A stretch of DNA of 64,000 nucleotides, from NCBI RefSeq assembly GCF_001194135.2, contig NC_068982.1, positions 2,101,576 through 2,165,575 on the forward strand, read 5' to 3'. The notes under the pieces were generated by a model that saw only the letters and a list, made by a program, of their open reading frames with translations, was not told the DNA's origin and searched no databases. Positions 42,195 through 55,853 of the stretch are shown here, in pieces. Within the stretch, counting starts at the first letter, position 1. Each line of letters starts with the position of its first letter. The position numbers were made by a program, and so were the translations under genes. This DNA comes from Octopus bimaculoides (lineage: Eukaryota).

Positions 42195-44050
42195 TCGTGC
42201 CGATCTTGTTCCTAAAGTAGAAAATAATTTAACTTTATAATTTCCGGATTGCGTTAATTTTTGTAGTAGTTTGTAAGTTAATTTTACAGTTTTTATTTTG
42301 TGTCAGCGTTGTTAATATGTTTTGAATTGTTTTTGTGCTGCTTTGCAGCGGTTTTGCTGGTGGTGCTTTCTCTCCGCTTTGGAGAGAGTTGGCCAGGATA
42401 ATGCCTAGAAATGCGTTTTATTCGGACCTTATCAGGTCAGATTTGTCCACCTCAGAAGAATAATTAGCAAAGGCAGTGCACAGAATTGACAAATTGCTTG
42501 AGCCAAAAAATAGTTTCGCTATGATGATGGCGGAGGTAAAACGGAGTGAAACAGACATGACAAAAATGAAAGAACATCAGAAAATGGCACAGAAAGCAGG
42601 TGGTGACGTAAAGTTGTCGCCTCCACAGAAAGTTATGGAGAATATGGAGAAAAAAAAAATTGCTTATAAAGAAGGTAGACCAGGTAGAAGTTGAAACACT
42701 CGAAAAGGCGTTGTGTGCGGTATCTAAGGATATGGTGCTTTTAACAAGAAGGAACAAATATGGAACGGTGGTGGCTCAGTTCAAGACGGAGGAAGTAGCG
42801 AGGAGGCTGGTCGTAAATACGGTGAAATCGGATAAAGTGGTCCTTCTGCACATGTATCTCGGAAGGAAGGCATCCAAGATCGGTCTAGAGTGAATCCCGC
42901 CAGATATACATGTGGCTTGGGTTGCGGCGGCTGTCCTTCTCCTTGTCACGGAAACAGAAGAAGGGCTGTGGAAAGGAAAATCATTGGAACTGATTATTCA
43001 AGCTGAAGCGGAATCCCTGGAAAATTTGGCGGAGAGAGTGACTGTTAGATACATAAGCTTGAGAGTGTGATCGAGATGTTACTTCAGACAACTGATAGTG
43101 ATAGGATCAAGATCCCAGGAGAAACCATTCTACCTCAAGATGTGAGATTGAAGGTAGTGGTGGAGGGCAGGCCTCCCAGATGTTATTTGTGTGGCGAGAA
43201 AGGCCACATGAAGGCGAGGTGCCCCCAGAGAGAAGAAATAGAACAGTCGGAGGAGCAGCAGAAAGCGAATGATGAGGTACAGGAAGAGGAGGAAGAAGCA
43301 GAGGAGGGATTCGAAGGTAAAAAGAAGAACAAGAAACGGCTCTCCGCCGGAGAGACCGAAAAAGAAATAGAAACAAAGGTGATAGAGGAAGCAGTCGTAA
43401 AAGAGGTTGAAAAGAAGGTTGAGAGACAGGTAGAAAAGGAGGTTGAAAAAGAAGTCATAGAGGGGAAAAAGACAGGAGCAAGCAGACTGGTGAGTTGATT
43501 AACCCATGAATTGGAACAGCAGCAAGAGGAAGCAGAGACAATGACCGAAATGGATAAAGTGACGCCAAGAGCAAAACACAGTAAACAAAAGCAGAGAATT
43601 TGTAACATGTGAGAAAAATGTGTGCACAGAAAAGATGATTACGAAGATGAAATCGGTCATAAGGGTGAAGTTGCCAAAGGAGAGTTAGGGTGAGAATGTG
43701 AAAGCGATTTTAATAGACAAGGAAAAGTACAGTAGGTGGAAGGAAAAATGTAGATTCGAACCACCAACCTTCGAGGTTCGACGAACTACCGTCAGTGGTT
43801 GATCTTAAGGCCGTATATAAAAAGGTTTTAAAAAAAGTGTAAAATCAAAAGATGCAAAGAGGTTAATACACGGATTATAAACGGAGAGTAAGAACGTTCA
43901 AATGGTACTGCACGTGAGTGAGGCCCATGCAGCTATTTCATCTTCATTAATTTCATTGTACATTTTACCATTTTTGTCCCCATTGTGCTGTCCTGTCTGC
44001 TTTGTATTGTCCCCTGTCTGTGGCTGTAATAAAAATCATTATAATTTATA
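42195..44050 (+). mobile_element. ORF1-only non-LTR retroelement (L1/Tx1-like gag with RRM-like region and CCHC knuckle), decayed
   Basis: T-rich leader, ATG at 42401, ORF broken by stops and frameshifts, CYLCGEKGHMKARC knuckle (43181-43222), Glu/Lys-rich tail, short 3' region ending in AATAAA near 44030. No EN or RT motifs found. Confidence 0.7.
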
Positions 44051-44057
44051 ATTTCCT

Positions 44058-44092
<35 letters not shown>

Positions 44093-44260
44093 CGTTATAC
44101 ATATATATGTGTGTGGGGAAGTGTTGGCGGATTCATTAGCATCCAGGCATATCAACAAGTAGCACGCTAGGAGTGGCTGGGTACGATAGCAGTGAGTTTG
44201 CACTAAGGTAAAAAGAACAAAACAGGTGACATCAAGTTGGTTTTAAATATTATGACGTGA

Positions 44261-44515
44261 GTAGACTTGATACCAATAGGAAATGGCGCACTTTGAAGTA
44301 TCAGAACTCAACTACCAACACGACTCAAAAATATTGGTACAAATGTAAAAACAGAAAACCTGCAAATGTCAGCACTTCTTGGAATTGCAAGAATCTTTCG
44401 CAGGGTTCTTGAACCATGACCAGTTAGCAAATATCACCTTTGTCTGCTGGCCGTGGACAGCTGACACTTTCCGTCATACCCAGCCAAAAAAGCTGTGAGT
44501 TTTTATCAAATAATA
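44261..44515 (+). mobile_element. RLE-type (R4/Dong-like) LINE 3' end
   Basis: LIPIGNGAL...QLPTRLKNIGTNVKTENLQMSALLGIARIFRRVLEP*. The UTR (ACAGCTGACAC...AGCTGTG) resembles the one at 58672-58760. Confidence 0.75.
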
Positions 44516-44968
44516 TTAGTAATTTTTGGAAGAACACTCAGGTTTATTGAAACAACTTTATTGTTGCCCAAACGATTTCATACTTTTCTTTTATTTTTAA
44601 TTATTATATTGCCAACGAGGTGTAAGATGCTGTTTGTTATTCGAGGATTAACAAAATATATGGCTAGTAATGGCTGCATTGAGTATGCTTTTGTATTTGG
44701 TATGCAAGTTTCTTAATGTGAATTCGTGTGTTGAAACAAATCTTGTGTCTTGGAAGGGTCATTACACCAATAATAATAACACACACACACACTGGTTCAA
44801 TATCAATCCATTATTGTTAGCTAACTGGTTAAATATTTAACCAACTGACTAATCGATTCTTTGTTTAATGCGCTGGTTAAGCAATCAGTCGATTGTATGT
44901 TTGTTAAAGACCTATCGCCGCTATTCGCGACCTTAACAATGACATAACTGTTCTCATCAAGGTCTGCC

Positions 44969-44970
44969 TT

Positions 44971-45032
<62 letters not shown>

Positions 45033-45395
45033 GGGATTTTCAACATAACTAACGTTGGTATAATCTATCAAGCTCTGAAAGGGACAAGTTGACCTCAACA
45101 GATTTGAATTCAGAACTTTACAAAGCACAAGGAATTGCACTTACTATTTTCTCAGATGCAGTAAATTGTCTCGCATACAGCACATTAACAATAGGATATG
45201 ATGACGATGATAATGATGATGATGATGACGACAACGACGACGACATCGCCGCCAACGATGATGATGAGTGTGATGATGAAGATGATGGTTAGGAGAATGA
45301 CGATGGCGATCATGGTGACGACGACAACGATGACGATGCTAAGGAAAAAGATGATGACGGTGATGATGATGATTAGGAGGAGGAGGAGGAGGAGA
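44969..45395. repeat. (CTA)n array, minus-strand SINE fragment and (GAT/GAC)n low-complexity tract
   Basis: Directly visible. The SINE fragment is at ~45040-45130. Confidence 0.9.
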
Positions 45396-47887
45396 AGTTA
45401 AAATTACTAAGAAAGACAATAGCATAAATTTGGTTGGGAATTCCAATTCGTCTAAATCCATATATATTTAAGAAATATGACAGACAAAGTTTACATGAAT
45501 AAGATTTGAACTCCAATCCTTGGCAAGTATAACTTAATATTTCAATATTTTTAAACAAGTACTGTTCTTCCGAGTACCTTTATCGAGCATTTTGTGCACT
45601 TACCGATTCTATCACCAAATTTTCCTAAGTACGAATAGAATTAGGTATTCAATTATCTTATGATGATTTCTGTATTTCTTTAATTTCCAATTGTGATTGT
45701 CGTGTCTTTGGTAACCGTTTCATAACTCACATTGTTATTCACACTCAGCTGCAAAACAGAAATATCATTTGCAAAACACTCAACTGTTTTGATTGACATT
45801 GTTTGTGAATTTCTTTGTCTTGGAAAAGTCGAGCAAAATTAGTGTTTACACCTGCTTCTCAGATTTGTTAAACGAATAAGTACGACTAATGCTTCGATAT
45901 TCTTCTTTCCTTTCCTGTATTTTTTCTTATAATGACGTCATTTCGCGACAAATTCATACCTTAAACGTGTTTTCGATATTACTGCCGATAATCACGAAAA
46001 CTGGAAATCATTACGAATTGTTTTATATCTTCTTACTGATTGGGTTTTTCTAAATGACATTGACGCGTTCAAAATTTTATTTTGCTGCGTTACTCTTTTC
46101 TGTCTCTCTCTCTCTTTCTACTACCAAAATATGACCACGTAGCAACAATCGTTGCCAAATGGCAGCGACATATCACACATTATAATGTTCAGTGTGAGTG
46201 TAATAAAAAAGCAAATTGTAATACACTCCTCATAGATCCCTATTATCCAGCATTAATTTAGCTTTATAATGGAAAAAAGTAGGGCTGTGTGAAAATTTCT
46301 ATATTCAAAAGGAAATTGAAAAACACAATTGTCTAATTCAGCTTGTGAATTCAATATTCTATAATGCAGAGAGGAAAGAAATGTAATGCATTTATAGACG
46401 CATGACAGATTCTGCCATTTTGGATTTAATATGTTTGTAAATGTTGAAAGCCAACTGCTTATTTTTCCTGTACAAGTCTACAATTAGAAGGATAAGGAAG
46501 TAATAAAAGCGTACCATGAATTATTTAAAACTTTCAATTTTCCACTTTAATACAAAATCACTTGGAAATATTGCATAGAAAGACAGTTAAATACAATCAG
46601 TCTCCAAGCTGGTTTATTTGGCTGTATGCATTCTACCTGACTGATATTGTCCCAGTACCTGGTAGTTTGTTTCAATAAGTACCATACAGCATATCTTTCT
46701 ACCATATTCACTTGTGTTCTGTTTTGTACTGTTCTGAGAGTTCTTAAATGAAAGACGTATGTATCGCGGTCTTCATAAATAGTGTTTGTTGTTGTAAATC
46801 TTTATATATTGAAATAACATAGATTAAATTCATTTCTCATAAATTGCATTACATTTTATTAGATTGGTAAGGGCAGTTCATTTATGAAATTTGATTTACA
46901 TTCTCTGGGTGAGAAGAATTTGTTTAGCAAAAGATGATATAATCTTGATTGAAACGCTTATATGCTTATAATTCGGAAAAATAGTATCGCAGATCGTCTT
47001 ATTTGGTAAATCAAAATTCTAATTCTATAAAACAGATTAGATCGACCCTTTTGAAAACTTTCTCACCCTTACAATTTTTGGAAAATTATTAAATGAATTC
47101 TTATACATCTTACAGTTGGAATTTGCATATATGCGCAATAAAGAAACCGAATATAACTGATGTTTTCGCTTTACTCAATTTGCACCAATTGAAACCAATA
47201 TAAACATTTCGTAGTTAGTAAATTAAAGTCTGTGCACTGATGCTAAGGCCACCTGCCTTCTAAGCATCGCATTATGCATGTCCCTATCAATATTCTATAT
47301 TGCCTACCTGTCTAATTTTATCAGACTTTTGTCACTAAAAGATTTATCGTAATGAGAAACTTTAGCTTCGATTTTGTTTTGCTGTACTTCATCACTGGTT
47401 GGAAATAAGTTCTTTTTAATGAGAAACATTTGTCTCTTTTTCAATATAAAGCGGATCCAGGGTTTGAAAAATAAAGATCAACATATTAAAATATTCGTTA
47501 TATTGGAATCTGTTATAATAGAATTTCACGAGTTTACGTAAAGTGAAAAAGCTGTTGTGAGAAAGGATTTACAGATTTGGTAGTGCTAATAATTTAATAG
47601 CATTTGTTGTGTCAATTCCAGTTTTTCTGTTATACGTGGCCGAGAATGTTAACTTGAGAAGAATAGAGGCGGGAGAGATGATGGTCATGTAGATGCTGTT
47701 CTTTTTACTGGTATAGATGTTCTTCAATTTATATGCGTCAATGAGGTTGTTACTGACGTTGTTGATGGGGAGTGATGGCAGTTGTGGTAATGGCTTTGTC
47801 CTTCTTGATCAGATATTTCCCTTTCTAAATTTCAACTATAAAGGGAGAAATCCTAAGGGTATAGCTACACCGAAACCTCCATCCTTC

Positions 47888-47976
47888 TTTCGAAATCTCT
47901 CTCTGTCTCTCTCTCCCCTTTTCTCTCTTTCGAAATCTCTCTCTGTCTCTCTCCCCCTTTTCTCTCTTTCGAAATC
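47888..47976. repeat. ~40-bp tandem duplication in a pyrimidine-rich tract
   Basis: TTTCGAAATCTCTCTCTGTCTCTCTC(T)CCCCTTTTCTCTC twice plus a partial third unit. Confidence 0.85.
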
Positions 47977-48863
47977 CCTCTAATTTAGTGCAAACCCTCT
48001 TTCAACTTGCAAAACTGTATTTGTAAATAAAAACGATTCTAAACAAGATTTACTCTGCATCGATTCGTCCTTCGTATAAATTAAATGACAAGTTTGCTCT
48101 GTTTACACTTACTTCATCGAAATATACAAACAAAGCTACACAACGAAGTGGTTGAAGACTAAGTGAGTGATGCCTGGGGTTAAAACACTGGGAAGAGAAT
48201 TTGTGGTCCACCAACCGCATTCATAGTGTAGAGAGCATAGAAACACAACTGATAAATTAAAGCGTACTGACACACTGTCATTGAAATGCGTGCAGCTACT
48301 AATGTGATGAGCAAAAGGATACAAAAAGCAAACGCTGGATGGATGATTAGAGGTATTCATAGGAACATATTTAGCAGCATCCTCTTAAGGAGCACAAGAA
48401 ATATTCAAACACTTCCCTGAGGGGACATACTGCACAACGGTCATCTGAGAAATGATTCAATGCAAAAACTATGTTCTCAGTGAGGGACAAATTAGCTTAG
48501 GGCTTGATATCTCAACACGGCAGATTAAGAGAATTTCATGTGCATATCTGAAACAGATTTCTTTCAAGTGCGCATTGTATGCAATTACAATAAATTATAC
48601 ATAATTTCATATAAAACGTTTAGAAATATCGCATAAAAGTTGAATGATTACACCGTATCATGGGCCTGAATTTCCGTATGCATCGCTTGCAAGATTGTAC
48701 TTCCGTTTATACGAGGTTTTATTCCAAGTTAACTTATCAAATAATACGCGTATATATATATCATATTAGGGATAAAAATCCAAATTTACAGGTAAAAACT
48801 CAATTAAATTCAATTTATCAAAAATTTAAATTAAATTACGTTTCACAGTATCTAATATATAAA

Positions 48864-49112
48864 TATATAATTTAGAGAAAAGAACCAAAGTTGATGAACT
48901 CATCCATAAAAATCCACAGTCACATATACAAAAATTTAATAAGTAAATACACTAACGATTATTACTTTGTATTATTTGAATTATTTTAATGATTATTACT
49001 TTGTATTTTATTATAGTTCTTTTTAGTGTATTTACTTATTCAATTTTTCTATATGTGACTGTGGATTTTCATGGATGAGTTCATGAACTTTGTTTCTTTA
49101 CTCTAAATTATA
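48864..49112. mobile_element. fold-back/MITE with ~90-bp arms in (TA)n context
   Basis: 48864-48955 is a near-exact reverse complement of 49023-49112 with a handful of substitutions. The spacer contains GATTATTACTTTGTATT twice (48957, 48991). Confidence 0.8.
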
Positions 49113-49967
49113 TATATATATANNNNNNNNNNNNNNNNNNNNNNNNNNNNNNNNNNNNNNNNNNNNNNNNNNNNNNNNNNNNNNNNNNNNNNNNNNNNNN
49201 NNNNNNNNNNNNNNNNNNNNNNNNNNNNNNNNNNNNNNNNNNNNNNNNNNNNNNNNNNNNNNNNNNNNNNNNNNNNNNNNNNNNNNNNNNNNNNNNNNNN
49301 NNNNNNNNNNNNNNNNNNNNNNNNNNNNNNNNNNNNNNNNNNNNNNNNNNNNNNNNNNNNNNNNNNNNNNNNNNNNNNNNNNNNNNNNNNNNNNNNNNNN
49401 NNNNNNNNNNNNNNNNNNNNNNNNNNNNNNNNNNNNNNNNNNNNNNNNNNNNNNNNNNNNNNNNNNNNNNNNNNNNNNNNNNNNNNNNNNNNNNNNNNNN
49501 NNNNNNNNNNNNNNNNNNNNNNNNNNNNNNNNNNNNNNNNNNNNNNNNNNNNNNNNNNNNNNNNNNNNNNNNNNNNNNNNNNNNNNNNNNNNNNNNNNNN
49601 NNNNNNNNNNNNNNNNNNNNNNNNNNNNNNNNNNNNNNNNNNNNNNNNNNNNNNNNNNNNNNNNNNNNNNNNNNNNNNNNNNNNNNNNNNNNNNNNNNNN
49701 NNNNNNNNNNNNNNNNNNNNNNNNNNNNNNNNNNNNNNNNNNNNNNNNNNNNNNNNNNNNNNNNNNNNNNNNNNNNNNNNNNNNNNNNNNNNNNNNNNNN
49801 NNNNNNNNNNNNNNNNNNNNNNNNNNNNNNNNNNNNNNNNNNNNNNNNNNNNNNNNNNNNNNNNNNNNNNNNNNNNNNNNNNNNNNNNNNNNNNNNNNNN
49901 NNNNNNNNNNNNNNNNNNNNNNNNNNNNNNNNNNNNNNNNNNNNNNNNNNNNNNNNNNNNNNNNNNN

Positions 49968-50001
<34 letters not shown>

Positions 50002-50729
50002 TGGTTCAGATTAACAATCGATTCTTCTTTCATATCATAATATGAAAATTGTATTCAATTTATCAAAACCTTAACCATCAAAAGAAATGCTATTGTCACG
50101 TGGGCTTGTTATTTTTACTCCTTTACAAATTGTTATGTTTATGTTTTTTTATACGATTTCCTCCTAAATATTTGTTTACTTTGCTGTACTACATTTGGAA
50201 CAGGTAAAACAAACACAAACCGTTTCTTCTCAAATCTCTTTTATTTCCTTGTTCCTTATTTTCCCAAACGCCTTCTGTCTCCTCTTACTATTCTTTTTCT
50301 CCCCACATTTCAACATGCATCTTGATAATTTTGGTCTAAAACGCCTTTAGAAATCACCTGTTTTTTTTGTTTTTGTTTTTTCATAATTGTCTAGAAACTT
50401 TGTGATCCCCAAGAGCAGCGCAGAAAGATAAATATTTAATACTAATTAGAAAATAAAATAGATAAACAAAAATTACGGAGAACGGTTTATTACATTTTTC
50501 TCTATAAATACATGACAATACATCACCGGATAGTGTCTCCTTACTCTGCATTATTTATCTTTCAACTAAAATCACCAAAAATATCTGCAAAGAACTCACA
50601 AGCTAGACGACGTCTACCAATATGGCACTTCCTTTCAATTTCCTTCTCACCGTCTTAAATCTCCATTGGGACTGTAAAAACATGAACTGACTGCAGGGGC
50701 TTAATTAGTAACAGTACACAATATTTCAA

Positions 50730-51020
50730 TGTGTGAAGGTGCTTGGCTTAGTGGTTAGAATGCTCATGATCGCTAGATGCGGGGTTCCATTTCGGCAGTG
50801 AGTCTGACGTTGTGTTTTTGAGCAAAATAATTGACTATATGCTATTCCAGTCCAATCAGCTGTAAATGGGCAACCCTGTGACAGAACATCGCTCCGATCA
50901 GGGAGGATGGTCACCTATTCGCTTAGGCAGCAGGGTTGTATCATGTGAAAGGTAAAACAATGCAATGCGCATCGTTAGCAACTATGCATAACAGCATTCG
51001 ATATTCTGGTCGATTACGTG
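50730..51020 (+). mobile_element. tRNA-derived SINE, diverged
   Basis: TGGCTTAGTGGTTAG A box, GGTTCCATTTC B-box-like, TGTGTTTTTGAGCAAAA central domain as in 23343-23670. Confidence 0.7.
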
Positions 51021-51271
51021 ATCAAATGATATTCCAATTCAACACCATTTTAGGTATTTCATTTCAATAATCGTTAATTATCTTTAATTTTCGCCTGAAA
51101 GTGCATCGTCGCATACATTGATTCGATTTCCCCCTTTTCTCCGCAATGGAAAATCACGGTTGATAGTATGCGACTTACAACTTAACAAACTTTATTTCAA
51201 CGACAGATGTACAGAAAAAAAGTACATATATTTCACTCCAGCCTGAAAACATGGACGGACGCATTATGCAC

Positions 51272-51470
51272 TGGGTGTGTAGAGGAAAGTTTGCATCACA
51301 ATCACGTGGTTCCAGGTTCAGTTCTACTACGTGGTATGCTGGCCAAGTGTCTGCAACTATAACCTCAGGTTGATTAAAGCTTTGTCAGTGGACTTGGTAG
51401 ATGGAACCCGAAATCCCGCCGTATATACATATATTACATATATACATATATGCTTACATACATATGTATA

Positions 51471-51525
<55 letters not shown>

Positions 51526-51704
51526 CTGACAATCAGTTGTGTCGTGTTTGCATCCATGTAACCTAGAGCTTCGGCAAAAGGATTAAAGAACCAAGCTTTA
51601 AAGGAGACGCTATGTTGGAATCGCTTCGTTCCCCTAAAACCCTTCAAGGCTGTGCCCCGGCATGGGCGCAGTATAACGATTGAAACAAGTAAAACATAAA
51701 AGAT
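51272..51704 (+). mobile_element. tRNA-derived SINE with internal microsatellite
   Basis: Same layout as 57747-58243: head, central domain, (TA/TG)n, tail ...GCATGG...TGAAACAAGTAAAA. Confidence 0.8.
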
Positions 51705-53259
51705 GAATGATCAGCTTAGAAATACCATGTGCAAATAATTATACTTGTTAAACATCCAAAGGAGAAAATGCTTATCTCAAACGACATACAATTAACAAAT
51801 GAATGGCGTCACAATCTAGAAATATATTGTCGTCAGCGAAACTTTGAATGTAGGACAAGAAACCATAAAATATTTATATGCATTGACATCATTGCATGCA
51901 TATATATATGCGCAGGTATAATATATATATATATATGTGTGTATGCGTGTGTATATATATTGGTATAGCTTTTTCTATGTACCTATATACACATACACGT
52001 ACGCACATTTACATATACATATATTCACGCATATATATATGCATATATATGGGTGTGTGTGAGCAGGTTAAAGGTAAGCATCAAATAGAGGCAGACAGGT
52101 ACGTAGCATATCATTATATTCCATACATTCATTGTTCACTCGTACAGGTGCACACACACACATATATTTGCATGCATATATGCATATATGAATACATAGA
52201 CTCTCAGTTCAACGTAAATATGAGGAAAACAGCAAGTGCGACAAAAGGATATCTTAATGTATGCTGTTATCTAACTGTAACTTCAAAAAATATATTTGTC
52301 ATTTTGATATCATTTTCTAAAGATAATTCGGCCAACTCAAAACCGTTAAGCATAAAATATTAAGCTTTTATTCGTTTTCATTTTGACGATTTCTTTTCTA
52401 TGTTTAAAACGTGGCAGTAATAGAAAATACCAAAGCAAAATCCAAGATAAAAAATAAGATGATTCCCATTAGGTATATGAAGTCACTTTTAGTTTTCTTT
52501 ATTTCAAGACGTTTGGATGTGTTCTACTCATTTCATAAAGTTGTAAAATGACTGCGTAGGTGTTTTGTTGCTTTTATTTCCTTTGTTGTTGTTGTTGTTA
52601 TTATTATTATTATTATTATCATTATCATCATCATCATTATCATCATCATTATTATTATTATAATAGTTATTATTGTTATTTTTATTATCATAATTATCAT
52701 TACTATCAGCATTAATAACAACAGAAAATATATAAATGGCTTATGCAAAAATTTCTTTCTCGCACGTGTCTTAAAAGCTATTAAATGTATGCTCGCTTGC
52801 CATAAAGAATAACTTCCACAACAACAAAACGATGTGTCGTCAAAACAGTTTATATTATATTTCACATACTATCGCTCATATTTCAATATAGCAACATCCG
52901 GTATTTAAATGCAAAATCATGAATTTTTAATGCAATTGAGAAATGCGACGAGAAATTTTACTATCAATAGGATTTGTTCACCGAGAGAAACTTTTTTTGT
53001 ATTGTTGGGAAAAGCATTTATAAAAAACGTAAATAATATATCAGCATTTGAACACTTGATTGAAGAGAAATATATTTTCACTTAAAGTTTCAAATTAGAT
53101 CACTAAAATATTATATGCGTGTATGTGTGTCTGTGTGTGCAAATGCGTGCGAGTGAAATAGTGTGTGTATTCCTGTATGTACACACGCATATACACACAC
53201 ACACACATATATATATATGTGCATATACACACATACATTTATATATATCTATATATCGG

Positions 53260-53295
<36 letters not shown>

Positions 53296-53879
53296 GTGCA
53301 CCTGTATGTATATATTTGTGTATGTGTATGCATATGTGTGTGTGCGTGTCTCCGCGCATATACATATACATGTATACGCTTGATCTTGTATCGATGACAT
53401 TTTACATAGTCTCTGGACAACGTATTCAAGATTAGTCTGTAAGTCTTTGTGTAGGTTAGATAGATCATCCGCCAGGAGTGAGTATTTTGTGGTTATTGAA
53501 TATACAGACATCAATGTATGTACTGATATCTATTAATTAAATTAAATGATGTTAAACTACAGAGTGGTGCAAATATATTGATTAAAATATATCGTACATG
53601 TATTTAAGCAGAGGAAGTAACGAGAAATGTCACTCAAGGTTCACAACAAATGCAGCACCAAGAGCAACAGCGGATGATAGAACTGTAAAAGCCAAAAAAA
53701 AAAAAAAACCATGCTGCACACAAAACAACGATTGGAAGGCTCACTCTTAGCAAATTCACGGTCATTCAGGAAGATAACAGCGAAGATATAGGATCACGAA
53801 AATATAACATAAAGAATTGGAGATCTTTTAAAGGAATTTTTATAAAGAAAATATAAGAAATAAATTCCCGGTTCAGGTT

Positions 53880-54230
53880 ATAATAGGAGTGAATTCAATT
53901 TCTTCCCAAGCGTTTCGAACATGATTAATTGCAAACCCAGAACATGAGCCTTTGATATCATGTCCATTAACATTATCAGGATCCTGATAGGTGTTCGCAC
54001 TTGATTTATAATATACTAAGATTACTGTTCCTTTATTTGGCCGAAGGATCTTACAACTAAATACGGTTTTGGAAATGTCTAAGTCTAGAGGCACATCCAG
54101 CTTTCCATGACAGAGCGATAGGTTTCTGGTCATTGGTGTAGTCACTCGGAGAAGCAAACCCACGTAGGCCAGTCTTCTAGTTACTTTTGTTACAGAACTT
54201 TCGTTCCTTCAACTCATGATGATGGCCGCT
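53880..54230 (-). pseudogene. possible Tc1-like transposase remnant
   Basis: Pieces across frames: SVTKVTRRLAYVGL, TNDQKPIALSW, LDLDISKTVFS, YQRLMFWVC, in the order of Tc1 HTH / W..V.FSDE / MVWGC motifs. Heavily decayed. Confidence 0.4.
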
Positions 54231-55009
54231 GTGGATTTACTTCTCCAAAGACCGAAATACATGTTGTATTTCAGCCATATTCCTACTGATGCCTAGCAAA
54301 CCTTTAGTCTTGTATTATCTACTTCCATTTATCGTTTCCAATAATTTTTCTGAGAAAATGAATAACTTGGTATCTCGTTATTTATGACACAGTGATACAC
54401 ACTCTGCAGTTGATGATGTTCTCTAGAAGTGAAATAAGATGACCTTTAGCATGAATTATTTATTGTCAATGAAAATCAATAGTTGTTCCGTTTCCTTTAT
54501 ATTCCAATTTTGTATCTCTCAGTTTTCTTTTAAAAATTATATCTGAATCATCAGTGGGAGGGGAATGTGTTCAAGAGTTCCGCTCCCCTGTGATAAATTG
54601 TCAAATGCTGTAATTAATGTGATGTTTTTGATATAAAGTGAAAAGATGCAAAAACAAAAGAAGTGCAAAAGAACTAATATTGTGCAAATACTATTGAAAC
54701 AATCTCCCTCCACCATTATAATTTCTATGACCTCTGTTTCACATACGGACATTCGTTCAATTTTGTTTTGTTCTAGAATGAAAAGTGCCACCTATAGCTG
54801 TGTAGCTTTCGTAAACACAATTAGTCAATATACCAAGAAGAAATATGAATTAATGTTGTGTCTGATAACCGTGTTACGATTTGAGGAAAATCGATCTAAC
54901 ATTTGACTGTCATAGAATTTGACTATATACTAATATTGGCAGAAGGAAAGAAGAAAATAAACGAAGAAGAGTAACGCAGAAATGCAGATTAACACATCCT
55001 ATCACGCAC

Positions 55010-55074
<65 letters not shown>

Positions 55075-55432
55075 GGAAACACTTTTTAATATATATTTCC
55101 ACAAAATAACACTGACATTCTACATCACTTCCGTTACATGTCATTACGCCAGCTGATGTCTTTGGTGCTTTCCTTTATATTCGTAAACGGGATGTATGCA
55201 TCTAAATAAGGCCATCAAAATATAATAGTTCTCATCAGCATAACATACCTAATAGAAACAAATATATTTGGGGATTTCATGTGATTTTTGCTCTTTGTTA
55301 AACAATCATGTATATAATGTTGAGTCCTTTCAATGAACCAAATGCTTCAAGTAAAATATAAAGCATGCTGCGATGTTGCATGTTCAGAACACCTGATTTG
55401 AGATGACTAATCGATTAAATATCGATTAAATG

Positions 55433-55488
<56 letters not shown>

Positions 55489-55489
<1 letters not shown>

Positions 55490-55562
55490 TGTCTCTTGAG
55501 GTCTGTGGGTGAGACTGGGAGTCAACTTGTAGAAATACAAAGCAAAAGTCAAACAAATAAAA
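55489..55562 (+). mobile_element. RLE-LINE 3' UTR fragment directly after (TAA)n
   Basis: ATGTCTCTTGAGGTCTGTGG...CTTGTAGAAATACAAAGCAAAAGTCAAAC matches the reverse complement of 59255-59330. Confidence 0.75.
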
Positions 55563-55780
55563 GTTTTAACTTTTGCCACAGGGGCAGCAATTTTGAGAGA
55601 GGAGATGAGTCGATTACATCGACCTCAGTACGTAACTGGTACTTAATTTATCGATCCCGAAAGAATGAAAGGCAAAGTGAACTTCGGCGTCATTTGAACT
55701 CAAAACATAGCGACGGGTGAAATACCGCCAAGCATTTCGTCCAGAACGCTAACAATTCAGTCAGCCCGCCGCCTTAATAA
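55563..55780 (-). mobile_element. tRNA-like SINE copy
   Basis: Reverse complement of the 42050/58400 family (GAAAGGCAAAGTGAACTTCGGCGTCATTTGAACTCA). Confidence 0.85.
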
Positions 55781-55792
55781 TAATACTAATAC

Positions 55793-55853
<61 letters not shown>

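Noticed and set aside
44816-44843. Adjacent 10-bp and 18-bp palindromes
   Set aside because: AT-rich and short, with no supporting context; likely a decayed repeat end or chance.
47650-48140. Possible solo LTR (TG...CA, AATAAA, pyrimidine tract)
   Set aside because: No convincing TSD or terminal inverted repeat and no second copy in the window.
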